DNA from: Gemmatimonadaceae bacterium
GTDB taxonomy: Bacteria; Gemmatimonadota; Gemmatimonadetes; Gemmatimonadales; Gemmatimonadaceae
Direction of reading: 5' to 3'
Assembly (NCBI GenBank): GCA_033763905.1
Contig: JANRJP010000059.1
Span: forward strand, 1 to 26,489
DNA: 26,489 bases
Shown: one piece after another, positions 1 to 7,659 of the stretch
How the letters are laid out: each line of letters begins with the position of its first letter
Numbering within the stretch: the first letter of the stretch is position 1
The notes under the pieces: generated by a model
The model's database searches: none
What the model was told of the DNA's origin: nothing
Seen by the model: the letters and a program-made list of their open reading frames with translations, nothing else
Made by a program: the position numbers and the translations under genes

Positions 1-291
1 GTGACGCTCGATCGCTCGCAGGAAGTGCTCGGCGGCACGATCCCCCCGGGCAGCTACTGTCAGCTCGTCGTGCAGGACGATGGGATGGGAATGAGCCCGG
101 AAATGGTTCGTATGGCGTTCGAGCCGTTCTTCACCACGAAGGGCTCGGGCGGAACCGGCTTGGGGTTGGCGACGGTGCTCGCGATCACGACCAGCGTCGG
201 CGGCGGGATCGTCGTGCAGTCCGTGCCGAAAGCGGGGTCCACGTTCACGATCCTGCTCCCGACCGCCCGACGCGCGTCACGCGACAATTGA
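1..291 (+). CDS. Sensor histidine kinase, C-terminal HATPase_c fragment (5'-truncated by window edge)
   Basis: G1 box DDGMGM, F box AFEPFFTTK, G2 box GTGLGL and terminal GSTFTILLP; reading frame is open from base 1. Confidence 0.9.
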   Translation: MTLDRSQEVLGGTIPPGSYCQLVVQDDGMGMSPEMVRMAFEPFFTTKGSGGTGLGLATVLAITTSVGGGIVVQSVPKAGSTFTILLPTARRASRDN

Positions 292-343
292 TGCTCGCGA
301 GCCTCGCGGTCCCGTTCGCTCGGGAAACCGGCGAGATTTCAGG

Positions 344-1990
344 ATGATCGGTCCCTCCGATTTCCGCGGCGTGTTCCGCAGCGACGCCGAGGCCTGCGCC
401 GTTTACGCCGAAGGCGCGGGCATCGGTCGCATCGTTCCACGGGCGGTGGCCGTACCGGCGGATGCGGACGACGTCTCGGCGCTCGTCCGGTGGGCAGCGG
501 AGACCGGGGCAACCCTGACGCCTCGAGGATCGGGCTCGTCGATGGCTAATGGCGCGATCGGGCCCGGTGTCATCGTGGACCTCTCGCGCCTCGATGTGAT
601 CGGGTCGGTCGATGTCGAGCGGCAGCGCATCCGCGTCGGCCCGGGCGCGGTGCGGGATGCCGTGGACCGCGCCGCGCGTGCGGTCGGCCTGCGATTCCCC
701 CCGCATCCGTCGAGCGGCGCGTACTGTACGGTGGGCGGGATGGTGGGCACCAACGCAGCCGGTGCCGAAACGCTGGGCTTTGGCGCCACGCGTCGGTGGA
801 TCACCGGCCTCGAATGCGTCCTTGCCGATGGGGCACGCGTCTGGGTGCGTCGCGGCGAGCCCTGGCCGACGTCGCAGCCGATTGTCGCCGCGTGGCGTGC
901 CCTGTTCGATGCGTGGCGCGACGATCCATCGCTGCCCGCCGCCGTGCGTCGCGACGGCGTGCGTAAGGAGTCGAGCGGATACGGCATCGCCGATGCGCTC
1001 ACGTCCGGTGATCTCGTCGATCTGCTCGTGGGCAGCGAGGGGACCCTCGCCATCTTCACGACCGTCGAGTGTGCGCTGGCCCCGGTGGCCGGCGCCGAGG
1101 CGACGATGGTCGCCGCCTTCCCCGCGCTCGAGATGGCGGTCGATGCCGCGTTGCAGGCGGGCACGGGAGGCGCCGTCGCCTGCGAGTTGCTCGATCGCAC
1201 CTTCCTCGATGTCGCCCGAGACGAGGCGTCGGCCCTGCATATCCCCGAGTCGGCAGAGGCGGTGCTGCTGATGCTCGCCGAAGGCGACAACGCCGACCTC
1301 GCCGCGGCCGCCGCCACGCGGCTCGCGACGACCGCGGCGGTGTGCGGCGCCTCGTGGTGCGTCACCGCGCAGGACCCCGACGCGCAGCGCACCCTGTGGC
1401 ATTTGCGGCACGCCGCGAGCCCGACGATCAGCCGACTCTATCCGACGCTGGCGTCGGTGCAGGTCATCGAGGACGGCTGCGTGCCGCCGGCGGCGTTTCC
1501 GGCCTACGTCCGCGGCGTCCGCGCGATTCTCGACAAGCATCAGGTGCCGGGCGTGATCTTCGGGCACGCGGGCGACGCGCACGCGCACGTGAATCCGCTG
1601 ATCGATATGCGCGCCGACGACTGGCGCGCACGGCTGAGCGTGATCTACGCCGAAGTGCACGCGATGATCGGCCTGCTCGGCGGGACGCCGGCGGGGGAAC
1701 ACGGAGACGGCCGGCTCCGCGCGCCGCTCGTCCCGGTGCTCTGGCCAGCGCCGGCGGTCGCCGCCTTCCGGGCGCTCAAGGCCGCGGCCGATCCCGTCGG
1801 CCTGCTCAATCCCGGCGTCATTCTTCCCGCGGCGGACGCGACGCCGTTCGGCGACGTGAAGTACGATCCGGCGCTGCCCCCGCTGCCGCCCACCGCACGG
1901 GCGGCGCTCGACGAGGTCGCGGCGACCCGCAGCTACGCCGGATTCCGGCTGTCGCAGCTCGGGACGGCCGCACGACGCGCCGCCAGCTGA
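344..1990 (+). CDS. FAD-binding oxidoreductase (FAD_binding_4 + FAD-oxidase_C; GlcD/D-lactate dehydrogenase-like)
   Basis: PRGSGSS, TVGGMVGTNAAG, GSEGTL, GHAGDAHAH, GEHGDG and DPVGLLNPG motifs typical of VAO/GlcD-family flavoproteins. Confidence 0.88.
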   Translation: MIGPSDFRGVFRSDAEACAVYAEGAGIGRIVPRAVAVPADADDVSALVRWAAETGATLTPRGSGSSMANGAIGPGVIVDLSRLDVIGSVDVERQRIRVGPGAVRDAVDRAARAVGLRFPPHPSSGAYCTVGGMVGTNAAGAETLGFGATRRWITGLECVLADGARVWVRRGEPWPTSQPIVAAWRALFDAWRDDPSLPAAVRRDGVRKESSGYGIADALTSGDLVDLLVGSEGTLAIFTTVECALAPVAGAEATMVAAFPALEMAVDAALQAGTGGAVACELLDRTFLDVARDEASALHIPESAEAVLLMLAEGDNADLAAAAATRLATTAAVCGASWCVTAQDPDAQRTLWHLRHAASPTISRLYPTLASVQVIEDGCVPPAAFPAYVRGVRAILDKHQVPGVIFGHAGDAHAHVNPLIDMRADDWRARLSVIYAEVHAMIGLLGGTPAGEHGDGRLRAPLVPVLWPAPAVAAFRALKAAADPVGLLNPGVILPAADATPFGDVKYDPALPPLPPTARAALDEVAATRSYAGFRLSQLGTAARRAAS

Positions 1991-2080
1991 CGCGACCGCG
2001 CACGCGCGATTCTCGCCAGCCGCGGCAACGGCTAGTTTGCAGGCACGGCACCTCCTCGGTCCCCCAACCTCCGCGCCCCG

Positions 2081-2833
2081 GTGCAATTCTTCAGCGAACC
2101 CCGCCTGACCGTCCTTTCGAAGCCCTCGTTCACCGAACCCGAGCATCTGGGCGTGCAGTGGCTCGGCGAGGGCACTGATGGCGAGAAGCTCGCCGAGTTT
2201 GCGGGCCGGCTCTGCTATATGTCGCAGCGCAATCCGGCGGGACGGAGCACGCGCGAGTATCTCGAGAACATCAAGCGGCAGGGCCACGGCTCGGTGCTCG
2301 AGCACGCGAACTACTCGATCCTGCTCGAAGGGGTCTCGCGCTCGCTGACGCACGAGTTGGTCCGGCATCGCGCGGGCTTCGCGTACTCGCAGCTCTCGCA
2401 GCGCTATGTCGACGAGTCGGACGCCGCGTTCGTGATTCCGCCCGCGTTGCTCGGCGACGAGGTGCTGGAAGCGGCGTTCCGTGCGCAGATGACCTCGGCG
2501 CAGCAGGCCTACACCGAGGCCGTCGATCGGCTGATGCAGAAGTACGGCTGGGTCGATGACAAGGTGCACCGCCGCAAGATGGCGCGCGAAGCCGCGCGCG
2601 CCGTGCTGCCGAACGGCACCGAAACGAAGATCGTCGTCACCGGCAACGCGCGGGCCTGGCGCACGATGCTTGAGCTCCGGTCGACCGAAGCCGCCGAGCT
2701 GGAGATCCGCCGCTTGGCGGTGGCGCTGATCCGGTTGTTGCAGGACGTGGCGCCCGGCTTCTTCAGCGACTTCGAGATCTACACCGCGACGGATCGTCGC
2801 GAAGCGGCACGCATCGGGTACCACAAAGTCTGA
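2081..2833 (+). CDS. thyX: FAD-dependent thymidylate synthase ThyX
   Basis: GHGSVLEH, ThyX signature SRSLTHELVRHR...SQLSQRYV, REAARAVLP and EIRRLA; GTG start. Confidence 0.95.
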   Translation: MQFFSEPRLTVLSKPSFTEPEHLGVQWLGEGTDGEKLAEFAGRLCYMSQRNPAGRSTREYLENIKRQGHGSVLEHANYSILLEGVSRSLTHELVRHRAGFAYSQLSQRYVDESDAAFVIPPALLGDEVLEAAFRAQMTSAQQAYTEAVDRLMQKYGWVDDKVHRRKMAREAARAVLPNGTETKIVVTGNARAWRTMLELRSTEAAELEIRRLAVALIRLLQDVAPGFFSDFEIYTATDRREAARIGYHKV

Positions 2834-2844
2834 ACGACACACCA

Positions 2845-2884
2845 CGGCGGTCGGACGTCGGGACTCCCCGATGTCCGACCGCCG
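2845..2884. terminator. GC-rich hairpin between convergent thyX and fusA2 (probable bidirectional terminator or stabiliser)
   Basis: CGGCGGTCGGACGTCGGG-ACTC-CCCGATGTCCGACCGCCG: 18-bp stem with one G-U pair, 4-nt loop, no U-tract. Confidence 0.7.
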
Positions 2885-2911
2885 CGTGCGGTGCCGCCTG
2901 CCGTGCCGCCG

Positions 2912-5017
2912 CTACGTCGCGCTCACCGCCGCGTGCTCGTGGCGATCGGCAATGACCCGCTTGGCCGAGTCGGCGGGGACCGGTTCGTACCCGTGGGGAC
3001 GCCGCGTGTAGCTACCGCGCCCCTGCGTCATCGAACTGAGTTCGCTCGCGTACAGGTGCAACTCGGCACGCGGCACCAGCGCGCGCACGACCGAATGCCC
3101 CGCGACGTCCGCTGGCTCCGTCCCCAGGATGTGCGCCCGGCGTCCACTCAGGTGGCCGAGCACGTCCCCCACGTGGCGATCGGGCACCGCGACCTCCACG
3201 GCATCGATCGGCTCGAGCAGCACCGGCCGACACTTGGCCGCGACCGCTCGGAACGCGAGGATCCCGGCCATCTTGAACGACATCTCGTTCGAGTCGACCG
3301 TGTGGAATGAGCCATCGTAGCACGCGACGGCGAAATCGACGACGGGATACCCCGCAAGCACACCGCGCACTGCGGACTCCTGAATCCCGTGATCAATCGC
3401 GGGCAGGTACTTGGCCGGAATCACGCCGCCCTTGATGGCGCTGTCGAAGGCGTAGCCGCGGCCACGGGGGAGCGGCGTGATGCGGATCCAGCAGTCGCCG
3501 AACTGCCCACGACCGCCGGATTGCTTCTTGTGTCGGCCTTGGCCCTCGGCGGTGGCGGTGAAGGTCTCGCGATACGCGATGCGCGGCCGAGTCAGCTCGG
3601 CGAGCACACCGTACTTGCGGTGCAGCCGCTCCAGCGAAATCTCCAGATGCCGCTCGCCCAGCCCACCGACGATCGTCTCGTGCGTGTCCGGATCGTACGA
3701 CACTTCGAAGGTCGGATCTTCATCGTGCAGCCGGTGCAAACCGGCCTGCAGCTTCTCTTCGTCCCCGCGCGTGCTCGCGTGCACGGCGAAGTGCACCAGC
3801 GGTTCGGGGAACCGGATCCCCGGCAGCCGAATCGGATGCTCCTTGGTCGACAGCGTGTCGTTGGTATGCGTCCCCTTGAGCTTGGCGACGCAGCCGATGT
3901 CTCCCGCCGTCAGACGCGGGACCTCGAGGCGATCGCGTCCCTGCGGCACGGCCAGATGTGCCATCCGCTCGGCCACACCCCGCGTGGCGTTGAAGACCTC
4001 GGCACCGGCGTGCACCGTCCCCGACAGCACGCGGAAGTACGAGACGTCCCCGACGTGCGGCTCGGCGACGGTCTTGAAGACCAGCGCGGCGAACGGCGCG
4101 GCCGGATCGGCGTGCACCTCCACCGTGCGATCGCCTTCCGCGCCACGGAGCGCGTGCAGTTCTTCCATCTCGAACGCGGTGGGCATCAGCTCGACGAGTT
4201 TCGTGAGGATGGCGCGCGTGCCGTAGGTGAGTTCCGCCGAGCAGCACAGGAGCGGGTAGATCTCGCCGCGCTGCATCTCGGCCTTCATCGCGGCCATCGC
4301 ATCGGCGCGACTGATCGTGCCGCCGTCGAGGTAGCGCTCGAGGAGCGAGTCATCGTTGGCGGCGATGGTCTCGATCAACGCGTCGTAGTAGCGATCGAAG
4401 ATCGGCTGTTCGTCAGCGGCAATCGGCGTGGTCTGTTGTTCGCCGTTGCGCGACTCGCGGCGGAAGCGATGCGCCTCGCGATCGAACAGATTGAGTACCG
4501 CGCGGAAGGCCGGGCCTTCGCCAATCGGCACTTCGATCGGAATGACGCGCGGGGTGACGGTCGACTTGATCCCCTCGTACACGCGTTCGAAGGAGGCGTG
4601 TTCGCGATCCAGCATCGTGGCCACGAAGATCACCGGATCCCGACGAGCTTCCGCGGCGCGGAACATCCGCTCGGTGCCGGACTCGACCCCGGTGACCGCG
4701 TTGACACAGAGCACCACGCCATCGGCGGCGTCGAGCCCGGCGGTCATATCGCCGGTGAAGTCGGCGAACCCGGGAAGGTCGATCAGGTTGAGCTTGGTGT
4801 CTTGCCACTCGGCGAAGGCACACCCGAGCGAGATCGAGTAGCCATGCGCCGTTTCCTCAGGCGCGTAGTCGGTGAGCGACGTGCCGTCTTTCACCGTACC
4901 GTGTCGTTTGACGGAGCCGGCCACGGCGGCGAGGGCATCGACCAGTGTCGTCTTGCCGCTGCCGCCGTGGCCCGCTACGGCCACGTTGCGAATGGTGCCG
5001 GGGGTGTACTCGCGCAT
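2912..5017 (-). CDS. fusA: Elongation factor G-like protein (EF-G2/FusA2 type), 701 aa
   Basis: Start MREYTPG is preceded by GGAGG. Motifs GHGGSGKTT, DLPGFADF, EDPTF, GLGERHL, HKKQSGGRGQFG, DGSFHTVDS and LLEP. It lacks the RGITI and NKxD motifs of canonical EF-G. Confidence 0.92.
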   Translation of the reverse strand: MREYTPGTIRNVAVAGHGGSGKTTLVDALAAVAGSVKRHGTVKDGTSLTDYAPEETAHGYSISLGCAFAEWQDTKLNLIDLPGFADFTGDMTAGLDAADGVVLCVNAVTGVESGTERMFRAAEARRDPVIFVATMLDREHASFERVYEGIKSTVTPRVIPIEVPIGEGPAFRAVLNLFDREAHRFRRESRNGEQQTTPIAADEQPIFDRYYDALIETIAANDDSLLERYLDGGTISRADAMAAMKAEMQRGEIYPLLCCSAELTYGTRAILTKLVELMPTAFEMEELHALRGAEGDRTVEVHADPAAPFAALVFKTVAEPHVGDVSYFRVLSGTVHAGAEVFNATRGVAERMAHLAVPQGRDRLEVPRLTAGDIGCVAKLKGTHTNDTLSTKEHPIRLPGIRFPEPLVHFAVHASTRGDEEKLQAGLHRLHDEDPTFEVSYDPDTHETIVGGLGERHLEISLERLHRKYGVLAELTRPRIAYRETFTATAEGQGRHKKQSGGRGQFGDCWIRITPLPRGRGYAFDSAIKGGVIPAKYLPAIDHGIQESAVRGVLAGYPVVDFAVACYDGSFHTVDSNEMSFKMAGILAFRAVAAKCRPVLLEPIDAVEVAVPDRHVGDVLGHLSGRRAHILGTEPADVAGHSVVRALVPRAELHLYASELSSMTQGRGSYTRRPHGYEPVPADSAKRVIADRHEHAAVSAT

Positions 5018-5217
5018 AGATCCTCCCGTGGAGGCGAGGCGGCGGTGGTCGTCAGGCAGTCGTCCGGCGGCACGCCGTCGCGTATGCGTAGAGCGTCGTA
5101 TCGCGCGTCCCGTCTGGCAAGAGCGTGTCACCGCGCGGCTGTCAGGGAATATCCTCTTGCCGACTTCGACCGGGCGGGGACGCTCGCACCGCGCGATATG
5201 GCTAATTTGTGATCCCC

Positions 5218-6252
5218 ATGACGAACTCCCGTATGACCGCGCGCCTCGGACTCCGCGTGGCGACGCTGCTCGCCCTCGTGCTGCGCACCCCGGTGTCGCT
5301 GGCCGCGCAGCAGGCGCCCACGCCGAACGAACTCGGCCGGATTCCGATTCTCGAGTACCACCTGATCGGCGACAGTGACAAGCGCTGGGCTCGCAGTCGC
5401 GCGTCCTTTCGGCGCGACCTCGAGCAGCTCTACGCGGCGGGCTATCGGCCGATCACCGTCGGCGATCTGGTGGCGCGGCGCATCGACCTGCCCGCCGGAC
5501 GCTCACCCGTGGTGTTCACCTTCGACGACGCGTCGCCTGGACAGTTCCGCTACGTGCGTCGCAATGGCGCGCTCGTGCCGGATCCGACGAGCGCGATCGG
5601 CATCTGGCTCGACTTCGCCGCGACGCACCCGGAGTGGACCCCGCGCGCGACGTTCTGCCTGCTCTCCAACGCCGACCACGGGCACGCGTTCTTCGGCAAC
5701 AAGGGTATCGACGGACAGGAGACCGCCTGGCGTTTCCAGAAACTTCAATGGCTGGTCACACAGGGTTTCGAACTGTGCAACCACACGCTCTACCACGTGA
5801 AGCTGAATCGCGTCGACGACGACGTGGTGCGCGAGCAAATCGGCCGTGCGCAGCTCGCGATTGACAGTGCGGTGGCCGGGTATCGGGTACGGACCTTTGC
5901 GCTGCCGCTCGGGCTCTGGCCGCGCGACCGTTCACTCGCGCGCCGAGGGACGTGGACCGACGCCACGTCCGGGGCGCGCGTCCAATGGACGCACGAGGCC
6001 GTGCTCGAGGTCGGCGATACCCCGCAGGCGGGTTCGTTCAGCTTCTCGCCGCACGACCCGCGCTTCGATGCGGGCTCGTTGCCGCGCTATCAGATCTTCG
6101 CGAACCGAACGGAAACGCTGATCGCACGACTGGCGACGACGCGGTACGTGAGTGACGGCAATCCGCGTGTCGTGACGCGCGGCCCGGCGGTTACGGCGTC
6201 CGCTCGACCTCGCCCCACCGCGCGACCGCGCGGCGGACGTGGGGGATCGTGA
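5218..6252 (+). CDS. Secreted polysaccharide deacetylase family protein (NodB homology)
   Basis: Signal-peptide-like N-terminus; IPILEYH, TFDD, NHTLYH and ALPLG motifs. Start is uncertain (5209 GTG, 5218 ATG or 5233 ATG). Confidence 0.85.
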   Translation: MTNSRMTARLGLRVATLLALVLRTPVSLAAQQAPTPNELGRIPILEYHLIGDSDKRWARSRASFRRDLEQLYAAGYRPITVGDLVARRIDLPAGRSPVVFTFDDASPGQFRYVRRNGALVPDPTSAIGIWLDFAATHPEWTPRATFCLLSNADHGHAFFGNKGIDGQETAWRFQKLQWLVTQGFELCNHTLYHVKLNRVDDDVVREQIGRAQLAIDSAVAGYRVRTFALPLGLWPRDRSLARRGTWTDATSGARVQWTHEAVLEVGDTPQAGSFSFSPHDPRFDAGSLPRYQIFANRTETLIARLATTRYVSDGNPRVVTRGPAVTASARPRPTARPRGGRGGS

Positions 6253-6577
6253 TCGATCCGCCGACGATCAGCCCGATCCCGATCGTCTCGAAGAACTCGT
6301 CGCGCGTGACGCCTTCCTCGCGGCAGCGAATCACGTGATACGTGATGCAGTCGTCGCAGCGCAAGACAAGTGAGGCCACGAGGCCGAGCAGTTCCTTCGT
6401 CTTCACCGGCAGCGCGCCGGCTTCGTAGGCGCGACCGTCGAGGGCGAAGAATCGGTTGACGACCAGATTGTTCTCGCCGAGGATCTCGGCGTTCATCTTC
6501 TCGCGGAACTCGCGGAACTCGCGCAGCGTGGCGCCGATGTCCGGACCGTCGGCTGCGTGATCGTGGGGAGCGCTCAC
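6191..6577 (-). CDS. Carboxymuconolactone decarboxylase/AhpD-like family protein
   Basis: GALPVKTKELLGLVASLVLRCDDCITYH with CxxC. The GTG start at 6577 overlaps the upstream TGA (GTGA); alternative ATG start at 6586. Confidence 0.85.
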   Translation of the reverse strand: MSAPHDHAADGPDIGATLREFREFREKMNAEILGENNLVVNRFFALDGRAYEAGALPVKTKELLGLVASLVLRCDDCITYHVIRCREEGVTRDEFFETIGIGLIVGGSITIPHVRRAVARWGEVERTP

Positions 6578-7164
6578 CAGTTCCATCCTCGCAGGGTCAT
6601 CAGGGCCTGCTCCAGCGCCTCGCGCTGGCGCAGATCGGTCGCACGAGAGAGCAGCGTTTCGTACTCGGCAATGGCCAGCGCCAGCGCTTCCTTGTCGTGC
6701 TCGGCGCTCGCGAGCGACGCCGCGTTGTCGGCCACGTTCGCGCGGGCGAGGTCGTCTTCGGGGAAACGCTGGCTCACTTGCCGCCAGCGGATCGTGCGTT
6801 CCCGCTGATCACTTTCCGTCAGCGCCCACATATGCCAGGCGCCGCGATTGGTCGGGTCGGCCGCAATCGCGCGCTCGGCGATCTCGCCGACGACTTCCGG
6901 TCCGCGACCGGTGAGCCAGTAGGCGCTCGCCAGACTCACGAGCGCGCGCGCGTTCTCGGGCTGCAACTCCACGACGCGTTCATAGAGCGGCCCGGCAATC
7001 TCGGGCACTTCCTTGTACGGCTCGGCCGCGGCGACGAGCGCCTCGGCATCGTCGGTCTTGGCCAAGGCGAGCAGCCCGGTAATCAGTTCAGCCCGATCAC
7101 CGCCGGACCGATACTCTTCGGCAAGCGCCGCAACCGCGGCGACGAGGGTATTTTTCGCTGACAT
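6574..7164 (-). CDS. Helical-repeat (TPR-like) hypothetical protein
   Basis: TPR-like patterns (LYERVVELQPENARALVSLASAY; AERAIAADPTNRGAW); coupled to the downstream CMD gene; -10-like TAGATT 7 nt before the ATG. Confidence 0.75.
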   Translation of the reverse strand: MSAKNTLVAAVAALAEEYRSGGDRAELITGLLALAKTDDAEALVAAAEPYKEVPEIAGPLYERVVELQPENARALVSLASAYWLTGRGPEVVGEIAERAIAADPTNRGAWHMWALTESDQRERTIRWRQVSQRFPEDDLARANVADNAASLASAEHDKEALALAIAEYETLLSRATDLRQREALEQALMTLRGWNW

Positions 7165-7166
7165 TG

Positions 7167-7424
7167 ATGGGAATCTATCCCGCTCCCGATCCGAACGACG
7201 ACGGGCAGGCCGCTTTCCCGACCGGGCCGGCGGCCGTGGCGCTGCGCCACGCGTTGAACAATCCGCTGACGGCCATTCTCGCTGAGGCGCAGTTGTTGCA
7301 ACTCGAACCGTTGCCGCCGGAACAGGCGCAGTCGGTCGCGCGCATCGTCGAACAGTGCCGTCGTCTGGTCGCGATCACGCGGAAGCTCGAGGATCCCAGT
7401 CGACGGATCGACGACGCGCGCTGA
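7167..7424 (+). CDS. Small stand-alone HisKA (DHp/phosphoacceptor) domain protein
   Basis: H-box LRHALNNPLTAILAEAQLL followed by a second helix VARIVEQCRRLVAITRKL; no ATPase domain. Start is uncertain. Confidence 0.7.
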   Translation: MGIYPAPDPNDDGQAAFPTGPAAVALRHALNNPLTAILAEAQLLQLEPLPPEQAQSVARIVEQCRRLVAITRKLEDPSRRIDDAR

Positions 7425-7431
7425 TGGAGCT

Positions 7432-7609
7432 GGGGGGTGTTGCGCCGGAGCGTTCGGCTCCCTAGGCTTTAGGGCGTTGGTCGGCAGCAGACGTGCCGCC
7501 ACCGTCCGGTGTATCTCGCGGGTCCGTGTGTGGACCGCCACTGGATGTCTGTTCCGGCAATGGCGTGAACTGTCCGCGCATTGCCTAGCCCACCGCTCCG
7601 AACCTCTTC
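7432..7609 (+). ncRNA. Candidate structured RNA (6S-RNA-like rod with central bubble, or a rho-associated leader)
   Basis: Nested helices 7446-7452/7594-7600, 7462-7467/7583-7588, 7482-7493/7546-7556, 7505-7511/7539-7545 and 7518-7525/7532-7538; G-U pairs favour the + strand. Folded by eye only. Confidence 0.35.
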
Positions 7610-7610
7610 G

Positions 7611-7619
7611 TGCTAGTGT
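7611..7619 (+). promoter_or_regulatory. Putative extended -10 promoter element of rho
   Basis: TGcTAGTGT (TGn-TAnnnT) 40 nt upstream of the rho ATG; GGAG at 7644-7647. Confidence 0.35.
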
Positions 7620-7659
7620 CACGATTCGGCGGAGCCGCATTCCGGAGTACAGCAGCACA

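Noticed and set aside
245..2845. 866-aa minus-strand ORF, and similar long antisense ORFs (3389-5212, 12812-14056, 20589-22211)
   Set aside because: These are shadows of well-supported genes. High-GC codon bias removes antisense stops, and the translations are Arg/Ala/Gly-rich with no recognisable motifs.
7539..7545. Cobalamin riboswitch or tRNA reading of the pre-rho element (GCCACTG; GTTCG)
   Set aside because: The other B12-box elements and a cloverleaf with CCA end are absent.
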